Source: Sphaerodactylus townsendi (Eukaryota). Taken from it: a DNA stretch of 64,000 nucleotides. The stretch's first letter is position 1. Each line of letters begins with the position of its first letter. Both the position numbers and the translations under genes were made by a program. This document shows positions 12,387 through 35,089 of the stretch, in pieces. Location of the stretch: positions 30,504,001 through 30,568,000 of the forward strand of contig NC_059439.1 in assembly GCF_021028975.2 (NCBI RefSeq). Reading direction: 5' to 3'. The notes under the pieces were generated by a model, which saw only the letters and a list, made by a program, of their open reading frames with translations, did no database searches and was not told the origin of the DNA.

Positions 12387-13894
12387 CTTGTTCCCTGCAG
12401 AAGGAGAAGTGCAGTTAATTCAGCTGGAAAAACCCCTGCTGTGTGAGTATATCACGGCATACCGTTTGAGCAGAGGGGAGCTAAAGTCACCTCAAGCAAA
12501 TCTTCTCATTGTAAGCCGACAAAGTGCATGCTATTATTGCTAGACCCCTGAACCCCTGCTCACTGCTGTCATTGTTTATTAGATTCAATTCCCTGCTCTC
12601 CCCTGACAAAGTGGAGTCAAAGCAGCTCACAACATGTACGTATAATAAAGTTTCATATAAATATATACAGAAGAAGAAGAGTTTGGATATATACCCCACC
12701 TTTCTCTCCTGTAAGGAGACTCAAGGTGGTTTACAAGCTCTTTTCCCTTCCTCTCCCCACAACAGACACCTTGTGAGGTAGGTGGGGCTGAGAGAATTCC
12801 GAAGAACTGTGACTAGCCTAAGGTCACCCAGCAGTGGGAGTGTGGAAACATATCTGGTTCACCAAATAAGCCTCTGCCACTCAGGTGGAGGAGTGGAGAA
12901 TCGAGCCCAGCTCTCCAGATTAGAATCCACCTACTCTTAACCACTACACCATGCTGGCTGTCTATAATCTAAAATATAAATTAAAATATATAATCTGTAC
13001 AAACTGTATAAGATATGGCACTAGAGCATAACCAAGGGTGGATCAACATGCCGCTCCCCCAAATTAGTAAAGAAAGAAAAAAGGGAGGAGGAAGGTCAGC
13101 CAAGATGGTATCACCCCCATTGCTGCTCATAATTATAGGCCTGGCCGAATGGCTCTGTCTTTCAGGCCCTGTGGAACTATTTGACCTTTGACCTATGGGG
13201 AAGGAGTAAGAGGAATAGAGGCACAGTCTAGCAATCCACACAAGGAAACTTCCATGACCATCTTCGTGACTGGGAAATACTTCAAACATCCCCCACGGCA
13301 GCCAAATCAATGGCTTTCAGGTCATCAAGGTATCAAAGTTAAAGAAAACCAACCCAAGGACATTTCAACATCATTTCCACTGGACTAGCGAAAGCCTCCA
13401 TGTATCTCAAAGAGGATCGGGAAGACGTCATGCCTTCTCTAGAGTCTAGATGGGTGGCATTTATTAGGATGGCACTAGAAGAGCGCTCCTGTTAAAAGAT
13501 TCCAGATTATTCACCAGATTCTGCAAACTGTGCATGTTAAGGTGCCGGTGAGTGAGCAGTTCAAGATCACCCACTCTGTGAATGTCATGGTTGAGTGGGG
13601 ATCTAAATTTGTATCTCCCACCGCCCTATTCCAAATTATTACATCATTCTGGCTCTCAAAATGCACCTGGTGGGGGACAATACAGTATTAGAAGCAGAAG
13701 GAGCACAGCCAAAGAACAGAATATGGCCAACTCCCTTCTCAACAGCCTGAGAATCCATCTCCTCTGCAGAAAGGCTTCCCAAGTGGTGCCCATTCTCACC
13801 GCTGAAAAATCTCACCACCCCATTTGGGGGAGGGGGCATCAAGTCACACCAAGAGACCTTCAGAAGTTGTTTGACGCTGACCACCTCTGCTTGG

Positions 13895-13985
13895 GTTTCC
13901 TTGGTGGCCTCCCATCCAAATACTAACCAGTGTGGATCCTGCTTATCTTCCAAGATCTGACTAGCCAGGCGAATCCAGATCAGGA
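13895..13985 (-). repeat. Degenerate 5S rRNA-derived repeat head; also ~3470-3560, ~40060-40125 and ~63250-63290
   Basis: Reverse complement resembles the 5S internal segment (gatct..gaagctaagcagg...ggttagta.ttggatgggag) with many substitutions. Confidence 0.55.
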
Positions 13986-14339
13986 CCACTTGACTGTACC
14001 CCCATATAAATCAACCTGCGGAAGCTGAGCCAAATATAAGGGCCGTGGCTTGTAGGTCACCTCCATCATCAATGACAAGGGTGGCTCCCTCCCTCTGGCC
14101 CCCTCCCACCCCACCATGCTCTAGGCTGGATGTCCCTGGGGCAGAAGGAGACACCTGGAGAAGAACCCCCACCTCCTCTGAGGAGGCCCCCCCACCGCAT
14201 GAGACCAGCTGGGGCCCCTTCGCCCCAAAGCGCCCCCACGGGCTCGCAACCCACCAATGGTCCTTCTTTCGTCGGATCCCAATCCCTTTCGTCGGAACCC
14301 CCCCTCTCCTCTACCTGCCCGCACTTCACTCCTGTCTCT

Positions 14340-14740
14340 ATAGCAACCAACTTCACCGGCGCCCCCACCCGAAGGCCCGTGCGGACAAGCAGGGAAGGGG
14401 GCCCGCGCATGCGTACGGGGTCCCACGGAGTATACCTGGGGTCCCGGTGGCAGCGGCGGCGACGGTGGCGGCTGCTCCGCGGCTCCCTCCGGCTCCCGGC
14501 CCGGGCCCCTCCCCCTCTTTCTTTCCGGCTCTCCCCAAGTGTTCGGGGTTGTACGTCACTTCCGCTTCCTCCTCGAAAGACGAAAGTAGGGGTGAGGCGA
14601 GGGGAAAGGACCTATGCCTTTAAGAGGAGGGACGTTTGGATGACGCGAGTGACGTATGACTTTTTCCCCCCAAAAGGCTGTTTCAAGAAGTCAGTCAGAT
14701 GCCGGAAGTAGTGGCAAAGTAAGGGCGGAAATGGAGTCAG
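14340..14740 (-). promoter_or_regulatory. PPP4C CpG-island promoter and non-coding exon 1 (donor CAG|GTATAC, exon ends at 14436)
   Basis: CpG-rich. Contains ETS/GABP-type motifs (cacttccgcttcc ~14537, ccggaagt ~14702), CRE-like half-sites and an NRF1-like gcgcatgcg at ~14405. Confidence 0.75.
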
Positions 14741-17700
14741 AGAGCGTTTACTGTAAAATCTTTGAAATATGTATGTAATAGTACATTTCGTTTGGTTGGC
14801 TCATAGAGCAAATGCAATCTGATCATTCGAATGGGGAGATTATTATTTATTGCATTAAATTATTTTGTTGAATTACTATTTATTTTTATTAAATTTGAAA
14901 ATGCAGTCTGATAATTCGACAGGGAAATTATTATTTATTTTTATTTTATTACATTTGGTAGTAGCCAGCTCTTCCCAGCCAAAGGCCGGGCTTAGAGCGG
15001 CTTACACACGTTATTCAAATATACAATTCAACATAACATATTGAAGCAGGGAACTCTGATGTGGATATGATGTTATACAGTGGTTGAAACAGCTACTCTT
15101 CTCGGGGTAGCCAAACAGAAACAAGCTCTAAGACGAGCATTTTCTCCTGTGCGGAATCTGCTGTGTGGAATCCACCTCTTGTGTTGCCTTCTGTTTAAAT
15201 GCGGGGCCAAATTGATGGTGGTTGATTCAGCCTATTCATCTCTGGCCTCAGAGCACCCATGCAAGTCAGATTCCAGAAATGTATTCTATCATGAAACCTT
15301 GGCTGCCCTGGCGACCAAGCCACACATAGCCTTTGGTCAAGTTTCATGTACCGTGTCGCACAGAATCAGGAACTGAATTCACACATATCTGTTCACAGTC
15401 ATAATTCACAGTTCACACTCTGTCCTTCATGGACAGAGTCGAAAAGGGTTGAAGTGGTGAAAAAACTGGTAATAAGACCACAGGAGAGCCAACGCAGCAT
15501 GGTGGTTAAGAGGCCCAAACGCATCTGTTCTCTTGCGGTTATTGTGAATTCACGAACCATTCTGTCCTGAGGATGCAAAAAAAGATGCCTTGGGGAGAAA
15601 GTATGTTACGGCTTTTTCTCCAAGATGACCTCAGGACACCTTATTTCAGTTGGCCTTTTTTAAAAAAATGCTAAAATGAGGACCTTTTTTCCAGGAGTTG
15701 CTTTTAAGTTGTCCCCTGCTTGGCTGTGCAAGCACCAAACAGGCAGGAGCTGTCTTATTTTTCCTGCCTTTCACCCTCCATTAGAGCTCTTACTTTCATT
15801 TTCACATAAGCTTGTGCCCACCATTTTCTTCAGGCTGAGACCCCCCAGCTGCTGCCATTTGTTTCACACAGAGGTTTGCCCTGTTTGCAGCTCATCTGAT
15901 TGCTATTTCCTTGTAAAATGTATACAAATAAAGTTTGTTTTCCAACACACATGGTGTTGGTTTGTGGGTGTTTTTTTTTAGATTTAGAGGGAGCCGAATT
16001 CATAGCTATGATGCCACTTTTATTTTATAGGTGGAACCAACTGTCAACCACCTGGCAAAACCTTTGCCCTCTCTCCTGAAATTCAGAGCAGTTGCTACAT
16101 TGGGGAAGTGTGCTCAGAAGAGCCACGGTTGGCTCCTGAGCCGCTCAGTATCACCGCACTGTAGAGTTAATCAATTAGGGCCTAGTCATCATCCAATCTG
16201 TATTGCCCAACACACCTTTCAGAGCTTAAGAGGATTTGCATGCATTTACGTCTGATCCGCTCAAATGGCATCTTGATGGTTGCCTGCGGCATCCCTAGCT
16301 TAACAGGGCTGTAACTGATCCTAGGAAACACTTTCATAATATTGAGGCTCCTGGTGGACCTGGTTTGTCATGTTAATAACACAATACTGGCTCAAACCAG
16401 TTGTCCTCTGCACCTCCTGCTACATGGTAACACGGACCTGGTACTGGTTAAAGTAGCCATGAAGCCTTTAAATAATCCTCTTCCATCCCAGTCAAGGGGG
16501 CCCAGTGGTGGGATCCAAAAATTTTAGTAGCAGGTTCCCATAGCGGTGGGATTCAAACTGTGGTGTAGCGCCAGTGGGGCTGGGCACGACGGGGGCGTGA
16601 CTGGGTATTCCTGGGCGGGGCTGTGGCAAGGACGCAGACGCTGCGCCGGTCCTTGGGCGGGAAACGAATGCACGCAGGCGCAGGGTGCCATGCATGCCGG
16701 TGCACCTCCTGCTAGACTGCTTCAAGTTCTGTGCCCTACTGCTGAGAGGAGGGGCATAACTAAGGCAAAAATCACGTGGCAAAATCACCAATTAGTAACC
16801 CCCTCTCGGCACACACAAATAATTAGTAACCTACTCTCGGGAACCTGTGAGAACCTGCTGGATCCCACCTCTGCAAGGGGCCCAAGCATGAACTGTACTA
16901 TCAGATATAAACTGTACTATCAAAACTGTACTATCAAATATTAACTGTACTATCGGATACATTCCTGCAGGTAACAAGTATGTACAGCATTTGCTCTGCA
17001 AGAAAAAGGAAGAAGTCAGGTTCTCCAGGTTACTGCTGCTGTTGAACAAAACAGGCTTATACAGGCTGAACCAATATTCCTATCATGGGTGAAGAAGTCT
17101 TAAGGCCCGATGCCGGCACTAAGGGCTTGACAGTGGAGTACCCCCTCCTCCCAGCTGCCAGTTAGCTTTGCCAGCTCTGGATTAGGAAATATCTGAAGGT
17201 TTTGGGAATGGAACCTAGGGAGGGCAGAGTTGGGAGAACAGGAAGGATAACAGTGGGGAATAATGCCACAGGGTGCACTATTCAAAGCAGTCATTTTCTC
17301 CAGAGGAACTGATTTCCATCTTCTGGAGATCGACAGTCATAGCAGATCTCCAGGCCCAACCCGACCAGTGTTGGGAACCCTATCATTTTTACTTCCATTC
17401 ACACTGGGCACAGGTGTCAAACTCGCGGCCCTCCAGAGGTTCAGGAACTACAATTCCCATCAGCCCTTGCCAGTATGGCCAATGCTCATGTTGGGAGGGA
17501 CTGATGGGAATTGCAGTTCGTGAACATCTGGAGGGCCGTGAGTTTGAGGCCCCTGATTCACAGGATCTTTTAAAAACATTTATCATAGCACCTACCATGA
17601 GGAAGAGTCCTGGGGAGCTTGAAAACTCACCTGTGTGTCATTTGGTTGGTCCTAATAAAAACTCTTGTGTGGATTGTGTTTTAATATGACAAGGCAGAGC

Positions 17701-18298
17701 CTTCAGTCAATTACTCCTAGAGCTGTACTGTTGGAAGGCTTTCACGGCCGGAATTAACTGGCTGTTGCGGGTTTTCTAGGCTGTGTGGCTGTAGTATTGA
17801 CGTTTCAGGAGCAGCAGTGGCGTAGGAGGTTAAGAGCTCATGTATCTAATCTGGAGGAACCGGGTTTGATTCCCAGCTCGGCCGCCTGAGCTGTGGAGGC
17901 TTATCTGGTGAATTCAGATTAGCCTGTACACTCCCACACACGCCAGCTGGGTGACCTTGGGCTAGTCACAGCTTCTCGGAGCTCTCTCAGCCCCACCTAC
18001 CTCACAGGGTGTTTGTTGTGAGGGGGGAAGGGAAAGGAGATTGTAAGCCCCTTTGAGTCTCCTACAGGAGAGAAAGGGGGGATATAAATCCAAACTCTTT
18101 TTCTTAGGAGCTAGAACTACACCACCACAAAACGTTAGAAGCTAGAACTACCACACTACAGCCACACCGCCCAGAAAACCTACCACAGCAGGACTCCTAG
18201 AGGACCCCGGAAAGCATAACGAAACAGACATGATACCCAATACACTTCTTTGGCAGAACAAACCACAGTAGCTCTTGCAACGTTTAAATAGATTCTCT

Positions 18299-18304
18299 TT
18301 TATT
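18299..18304 (-). terminator. ALDOA polyadenylation signal AATAAA
   Basis: tttatt about 360 nt past the ALDOA stop; a second copy lies at 18352-18357. Confidence 0.6.
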
Positions 18305-18662
18305 TCTAGCGGTCCGGGAGTCAGGTTTCCCAGCTCCGGAGACAATCAGATTTTATTTTGGCCACGGACCAGGAGTGTCGTCGGTCACCAGAGGGAAAAG
18401 CTAGAAGTCACAAACAGATGTACAGAGATGGGGAGCGGGGAAGAGAAGGGGAATGAGCCGAGACTTTGCGTGCTCTTCCAAGACCAAGGGTCAGAAGATT
18501 TCCAGCGTTCTCACATAGAAAATCCGGCAGGAAAGGAACGGGGTGGGGGTGGGGGAGAGGTGAAGAACCAAGAGGGACACACACACACACACACACCACG
18601 GTAGCTCAGGCACGATGCAGCAAACAGAAGTGAGAGTAGACAAAGCAATCAGGCCTCAGATT

Positions 18663-27371
<8,709 letters not shown>

Positions 27372-27899
27372 CTTGAGTGGCTAAACTAGAGAAGGGAGGC
27401 AAAGCGTGAACAGGATGCCCGATAACACCCCCTGGCGGATCCGAGAGGCCTCCTTATGAGCTTGGTCACATCTACCCACTCGTGCCAGACTAATGTCCTT
27501 GACGGCCCTGCAGGCGCTGAGAAAACGGCGGCAGCGGGAGGGGGGGACGACAACACTGCCCCTCCCTGTTGCTGCAGAGGTCATCACTCAACGGAGGAGA
27601 GCGATTCCCAGCTTGGGCAGGAAAGACTGCTTCTTTTAATGAACTCTTCAGATGTTAACAGAACTCAGGCCAAGGACGTTTCAAGGACACACAGTCCTCC
27701 CCCCATCCCCTGTATCCCAAAGGCCTCTTACGCCAGGTGTGGAGGCAGGTGAAGTAGACAAGATCAGGCTGGGGGGAGGATTTCTGGGATGGGGGGATTT
27801 TCTGGGTGGCCGTGGTCCGGTCCTTCGAGCTTCTCAAGTTTCACCCACGTTTAAGGCTGGCATCTCCAGAAGGATGTCAGGAGCCAATGTGAGATCAAC

Positions 27900-28760
27900 C
27901 TCGGGAACAAACGCGACCAGACCACGGCCACGCGGCCCGGAAAGCCCCCAACAGCCGGCTGATCCCACCCCGGCCGGGAAAGCCTTCAAAAAGGCATTAA
28001 ATGAAATTTGCTATGACGCACCAAGCCTCCCCCACCCCCCTTTCCCCAGCCTCGGGGTCCCTTGGAGAGCAGCGGAAACCCGCAAAGCGCAGCGCGTAAA
28101 GGCGCAAAAGGGATGAAGGGGGGGGGGGGGTTGCACGACGGGGAAACCTTAATGGCTCTTCCTTCTTGGTCGATCCTCTTGGGCCCTTGCAAGAAAGGCA
28201 CGCTGCACTTCCCCACGTGACGGGCTTTCCCCCCCCACCTCATCCGGCGTGGCTTCCTCCGCCCATCCCCCATTGCACCGTCTCCATTTTACTCCCAGCC
28301 CCGGATCCTGCAGTTTCCAAACTAGGGGAAAGAAACAGTCGCAGCGACCTATCAAGAGATCCCCTTGATCTTTCCTGGGAATCCACCCCCTTTCCTCCAG
28401 AGCCAGAGCGACTGCTCAGATTTCTCACCTGCGTCAAATGCGGGGGGCGTTTTTTGGAGGGGGGGGGGTCCGACCCTGCTGGCAACAGCGACCGAGTGCG
28501 GGGATGCGCGCCAGGCGAATGGAAGGAGGAGGAGAGAAAGGAGGCTCAGGAGGGCGGCCTCCCAAAGTCTAACGTCATGTAGCTCCGCCAGGCGGAAAAG
28601 GGTGTGAAATTGACTCATAGGAGGAGGAGGAGGAGGAGGAGGAGGAGGAAGAAGTAGAAGAATTTAAAGAACACCGGTCTCCTTCCCCCCCCCCCCCCCC
28701 CCCACATAGCGGGAGGTATTTATCTAAATATCAGGAAGTGGATTCAAGGGAGAGATTAAT
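27900..28760 (-). promoter_or_regulatory. ALDOA proximal CpG-rich promoter and non-coding exon (donor CAG|GTGAGA, exon ends at 28429)
   Basis: CpG-rich, with a strong donor, an AT-rich TATA-like box (~28718-28731), AP-1 TGACTCA (~28612) and CACGTG (HRE/E-box, ~28214). The first coding exon acceptor is at 27385. Confidence 0.6.
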
Positions 28761-31700
28761 ATCACCTTAACATTAATAATATAATATTAATATTACAGCC
28801 CGGAAAACACACAACACTCCAGTATTACCTTTATGATCACGGCGATTTGACCCTCCCTGTTCTTTTTAATGGCTCGGATGACATTTTAATGAATTTTTTT
28901 TTTAATTGGAAGACAAAAAGTTCCTAATATGACATATCAAGGGGCTAAATTTCTTTCTATCCACCCGAGATTACGACCACCCAAAGTTTCGTGTTTTAAC
29001 ACTGCTGAGATGTTTTGCTCTTTCGAATCAATGTGAGCTTGTTTCCTTGTGATGGAATTTTTTGGAAGTTCATCTGCTCGTTTGGATACGTTTCTCTTTT
29101 GTTTGTGGGTCAATGACCGAATAAACGCGATGGTGATGAATATAAGGAAGTGAAGGAATTCTTTCCCAATTCCTTGAGTCACACAATATGGAATGTGTGA
29201 GTGTGCAATGCCCTTAAGTGTGTTCCCATTCAGGGCCTCCAAAATGTCCTGTCCTTACAGCTTTGCTTAGATCTTGCAAACTCAAGAGTCATGGGTTCCT
29301 TTAGGGGGCCAATCGATCTCACGCAGGGCCTTCCTCTTTCCCAACTGCTTTCCACTTTTCCTAGCATTATTCTCTTTTCCGGTGAGTCTTGTCTTCTGAG
29401 CATGTGACCAAAGTACGACACCTTGGGGAAAGGAAGGGAAAGGAGCTTGTAAGCCCCTTTGAGTCTCCGTACAGGAGAGAAAGGTGGGGTGTATATCCAA
29501 ACTCTTCTTCTTCAAACCACCACCAAAGCTCTCTTACTTTGAAAACCCTACTGGGTCAGCTGTGATTTCACAGCATTAAAAAAACAGAGGGGAAATGTTG
29601 GAATGACAAGGAAAATAACATTGCTTGATGTAGCCATGATATAAAGGCTGGCTTAGAATAATAATTAGGTCCCTAGATCTCTGCCAAAAAGAGAACAGCA
29701 CCGACACACTTGAGGCTGTGATTTTCGCAGGGACTCCCTTGCTGTACAGAAAAATAGGACCTTGTAAACTAGCCAACCTCAAAATGACCCGCTCTGCTAA
29801 AACAGGCCCGAGGAGGCCTGCGTGTGATCCAGGAGGCAGAGACTGCTGAGAGTCAATTGCCAGCCATAGGAAATCTGCCCTCCGCCCCTTCAAAGTATAT
29901 AGAATCATGGCGGGCCTGGCCAAATGGGGAAAGCCCCACCCCCGCGACTGCCATTTGTCATACACCTTCCCTCACATGGGTATTATTATTCATATGTGTA
30001 CCCCAGGAGCTAGCCCACAATTTCACGCCCGCACAAGATCGCCCCACAACATTTTGATTCCTTCAATGCAGTCATGAATATGGGTTTGGATCTCTGTCGG
30101 AATACAGGCACGCAATTAAAAACCATCCTTTTACAACTCTATAAACACCTCCCCACCTGTGTTAATACCAGATGAACAATTAAACAGAGAGAGAGAGAGG
30201 AGAGTCCTGTGTTAAGCAACATGGGGTAGGAGCCACATAAAATCTTTAGGGGTTTTTCTACGACCCAGCACCCTACCTACAATTCTCTTCCCCCACTCCC
30301 AATGCGACTCTAAGGAATGAAATGCTCTCTAAATGTATGCCTTGGAGAAAGAAGGGAATGAGCCAAATTTGCGGCTCCAAGGGTCTTTCCCCCTTGCACC
30401 CTCTCCAGTTTCAGAATTGACCTTTCAAGGAGATACCCGATCCCCCCTTCTCTAGCTCCTCTGCCCTTTTTTGAAGGACACCGAGCTATTTCTGGATCCC
30501 CCATTCCAGGAGGGTTGGGCTTCGTGGCACAGAGAGCCAGGCTCGCAGGGAGAGGATTGTGTAAAAGAAATAAGTGATGTGGCATTGCTCGAGCGATAAG
30601 GCAGAGTGAGCGAGATGGAGGAAAGGGCAAATTAATTTTCAGAGAGGGTGGAGAGAAGCATTGGAAATGGGGCGCCTTCCTGAGATATCGGGAAGGAGGG
30701 TGAACCCTGCAACATGGGAACAGAGTCCAGTAAAATCAGCGCATTTCATCCTCCAGCTAGAGTCCTTACGAGAGCAGAGCGCTAGCTGATAAGAGGGCCA
30801 GCTGAGGCACAGCTGACATGGTGCCTTATCTAGCCAAGGAGATGTCTGGCGGGATTCATTGCATAGCTGGTTGGGAGCAGGAGGGTGTTTTAACAGGCCC
30901 TGTTCACTGCAACCCCTAAGCTATTCTTGCACCTGTAACGCAGTGATGACTTAGGGGTGAACAGGTCACAGATAGCTGGGAGATAACGATGAGACTCGCA
31001 CGCAGAGCCTGGCCATAACACAGTCTCCAAACCCGGCTGTCTAACCCATAGCTCAGTCATATCACCAGAGCCATTCTGGATTCAACCCAGTTTCAGCCAG
31101 GGCTTTCCCCCAGAACTGGTTTCCACTGAGCTCTGCAGACATAAGAACATAAGAACAAGCCAGCTGGATCAGACCAGAGTCCATCTAGTCCAGCTCTCTG
31201 CTACTCGCAGTGGCCAACCAGGTGCCTTTGGGAGCTCACGTGCAGGATGTGAAAGCAATGGCCTTCTGCGGCTGTTGCTCCCGAGCACCTGGTCTGCTAA
31301 GGCATTTGCAATCTCAGATCAAAGAGGATCAACATTGGTAGCCATAAATCGACTTCTCCATAAAGACATAACCAACAGTGCGCCTGAGCATGAACTGAAT
31401 GCCTTTGCTAGCTTCTGAAGAACCAGATGTATCTCTACCCATCTGGGGGTTTTTTTGGGTGGGGGGTGGTAGATTGGAGTCAGAAGACACAACCTATGTG
31501 AGCCCGGACCTTCCCACGGAAGAAATTAAGTGTTAACTCTATCAGTATCGGCCTTTGTATGGAACTGGCCGTTCTAGACTTAAAGAGCACTAAGAAACCA
31601 CTTAAGGCAGACATGTTGCAACCCGCCCAGAGCCCTTCGGGGATAGGGCAGGATATAAATCCCCCCCAAAATTTAAAATAAATATATTTTCTTTTAAGTA

Positions 31701-33273
31701 TCCTGTTGTATTTTGCAATCAAGGAGGCGAAAGAGTGGCAACTCCCCACCCGCAACTTCCTAAATGCATATTTATAGCAAAGTGCGGACTGTCATCGGCG
31801 TTAGCAACTGTAAACTGAAAACCAGGGAAGATAAATGTTGTGAGTGGGGAGGTGTAACCATGGAGGGACCTCTCTACGGAGGGGGTGGGGAAGGTGTCCG
31901 GGGAGGGTGACAACAGCAAATGGAAGAGTGAACAGAAGCTGGACTCCCCACCCTGGCAGAAAAGCAAGCCGGGTTGTATAACACCCCGGGGAGTGAGAGG
32001 CCAGTCACGACTTGATTGATGACAGGAGAGAAAGGCCAGCCACCTGTGGCGGCAGGAGGGCATCGGATTCCAAACCCACCCGCTCCCATCTTGACCTGGT
32101 CCCCCAAATCAGAGCCTTTCCTAGCCCCAAATCCAAGCCGGGCTTCTCTTGGATTGATTACGGTAACAGCTGAGTCATGGGCTGGTGTGCAAGGAAGCAC
32201 GTAGCATGCCTGCAGGGGGCCGCCAGGGAAAGCCCTCTGTTTTCCCCACTGCTGCCCCCCCCCCCCCGAACGAGCAGGTCAAGCTATTTGGGGGCCGCTG
32301 GGCCAGAACCACCCATAGTGACAGGTTAGAAAGGTCACCCTCCTTCTTTATTCACTGGAAACCACCAACCCCTTCCCTCCACCAAGGAGGCCCCGTCTGG
32401 ATCGTTATCTTGGCTCTGCATAACACAGGTTGCCCATTCTGGCTTTTGGAAATTCCTGGAGGTTTGGGGGCGGGGCCCTGGAGAGGGTGGGGTTTGGAGA
32501 GGAGCAGGTATAATAATGCCCAAGAGCCCGCCCTCCAAAGCAGCCATTTTTCTCCACTGATCCCAGTTGCCAGGAGATTGTAATTCCAGAGGATCTCCAG
32601 GGCTGACCTGGAGGTTGGCAAGCCCACGCAACCTGTCCTACTGTTTTGCACTGACAGTCCCTAGCACAGATCAGAGTCCCGCTGCGATTGGCAAGATCCT
32701 CTCTTTCCCCATCTCGCTTCAAACAGATCCACCCTCTCCTCGCCCGGCTTTGCTGGCTGGAATGGCAACCTGTCATGCAGTTATCAAGCTGTTCCCATCA
32801 CATTGCTGGGGTGGGGGGAGGGATCGCCGCTTGCTGGATTTCTGCATATCCATCTGTTCAAGGAAGCGGGGGGGGGGGGGGTCAGCCCTTAGCAAAACAG
32901 CCACGTCCTGCAGGTTCTTTAAACCCATTGCTCTTCTGAACGTCCCCATTTCTGGTAATACCGCACCCTCCTCTCCCATGCGGCCCTGCGGAAAAAAATC
33001 CCGTAAAACTCACACTGCTTTGAGCAAGCCTTAAAATATCAAACGCTCCTCCTCAATAAAAATGACCAGCCCCGCCGTTTAACAAGGCAGGCGAGGAAAG
33101 GGTCCAGATTGCCAGTTTGTTTTCCCTGTAAGGGTTCTTAAAAACTGCCTGTCAGACAGCAACTCATGATAGGAAGGTTGCTTCATCGCTTCATTTCCAA
33201 ACTAGGAAAAGCTTTGGGGCAGTTTCAACATGGTGGGCCCTTGTTAAAGGCACGAAATCACCTTCCCCCAAAC

Positions 33274-33595
33274 CAGCCATTCTCAACCAGGGTTCCCTGG
33301 TACCCTGGGGTGCCGTGAGCATGTCCCAGGGGTACCGCGGCAACACTACCGCCCCCCCCCCTCATTTTTGTGGTGTCTCCCACCGGCGCCAGCAAGGACA
33401 TGGAGCTGGCCCATGGGGCAGGGCCTGCCACAAGGTCAGCAGCCACCACCACCCCCAGTGCTGGGGTGGGAAAGGTGGGGGGTATGGCAAGCAGGGGCAA
33501 TGGGAGGAGAAGGTGGAGGGGGGCGGCAGGGGTACCCTAAGATATGAAGAGTGAGGTCAAGGGTACCCTGACCTCGAAAAGGTTGGGAAACACCA
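33274..33595. mobile_element. hAT (Charlie-like) MITE
   Basis: Imperfect TIRs and 8-bp TSD ccccaaac. Confidence 0.7.
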
Positions 33596-35089
33596 CCCCA
33601 AACCAACTAGCAGCCTCAACTGTAGCGCTGCAGGAAAGCAGCCAAAGCAAGGAGCCAGCGTACCCCGATGTCATGCGCCGAACTACCACAGCACAGTGAA
33701 ATGTGCAGAATTAAAGCAGACCCGCTCCAAAAGCAACTGCAGTCCATAAATGAGCTGTTGCTTAGTTTACAGAAAAGGATACACCCCCTTGCCATAGAGG
33801 ATCTCGCAGCCCTATCACAGAAGTGTGCGCTAGGGATGCTTTAAAACAATTATTTTGGAAGGTTTGAAAATGTCTATTGCAGAACACAAAGCAGGAAGCA
33901 AATTTTTTTTAAAAAAACCCATTCTGTTTAAAAGCAACTAATATTCCAGTTAAACATGTGGTGCTTTAGTCAGCTGTAGCCCTTCCCAATTTAGGAAAAA
34001 TGCCTTGGGCACAGAAGACAAAAGGGGTATGGGGGGGGGGTGTTATGGAGGAGATTTGCCTGAAGGAGCAGCAAAGATCCAGTGAAGGCCAGGTGACCCT
34101 TTTGACAAGCCCCATTTAGGGGGCCCAAAATGGGAAGGAGTGGCCCACGGACACAGACACTGAAACTTAGTAAAGGCAGATTGGGCAAGTGAGAGAGGAA
34201 GGATTGAGACAGCAACCACTTTTTTGCTCCTCTGCCCGGATACCAGGGGATCAGAGAACAGCATTTCCTCCAACCACCAGCGACCGCGCAAGACATCTGC
34301 AAGTCATGACAAGGGGTTAGAGGAAGCATCCGTGACGAAGGAAGCGGAAAGTTCAGCGGCTCCCGTCTTCTCCTGACCCTACGGGGCAGCCAGAACTTTT
34401 GGGAGGCAAACAGGAGCAGCATTTTAGGCCTCGCCAAACACAAAGGGAACAAACAGGGAGGGAGGGAGGAGGGGAAGAAGAAGAGTTTCGATTTGACTCC
34501 ACCTTTCTCTCCTGTAAGGAGACTCAAGGTGGCTCACAAGCTCCTTTCCTTTCCTCCCCCCACAACTGACACCTCGTGAGGCAGGTGGGGCTGAGAGAGT
34601 TCAGAGAGAACTGTGACTAGCCCAAGGTCACCCAGGACTGCAGGAGTGTGGAAACCCGTCTGGTTCACCAGATAAGCCTCCGCCACTCAGGTGGAGGAGT
34701 GGGGATTCAAACCCGGTTCTCCAGATTAGAACCCACCTGCTCTTACCCACGCTTATTTTTTTAAAAAAAGCCTTTAAAACTGTCAGAAGGGGAACACAAA
34801 GACAGGCTTTGAAAGCAAAGTCCATTTTGGGCTCCAGCAGCAATTCAGACAGCAAGCACAGAGAACTGTTTTTAAATAACCTTGCAAAAAATAAAATCTG
34901 CCAATAGCGGTCCCCCTTTCAGAGACCCTACCAGAAAGGGTAATTCTCCTGCTTCCACACCCCATTTCTTTCAAGACAGCCCCCCCCCCTCAAGATTTGC
35001 CTTCTCTGCAGACGACCTTTCACTAGTTTCTGATGCTCTCATGCCCTTAAAAACCAGACAGCCCACCCTGTAAAGAGGATTCACAAAAC

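Noticed and set aside
13895-13985. 5S rRNA-like segments
   Set aside because: Partial and diverged, so they are repeat-derived rather than functional 5S genes.
14045-14711. Long GC-rich ORFs at CpG islands (also 52255-52899)
   Set aside because: Stop-poor GC-rich promoter sequence with low-complexity translations and no recognisable domain.
16890-16955. Short tandem repeats (aactgtactatc x4; also 4917-4972, 40965-41010, 22885-22930)
   Set aside because: Ordinary slippage duplications with no unique spacers and no evident function.
17808-17885. tRNA-like sequences with A/B boxes
   Set aside because: They are heads of the multi-copy SINE and continue into its body and (TTC)n tail, so they are not tRNA genes.
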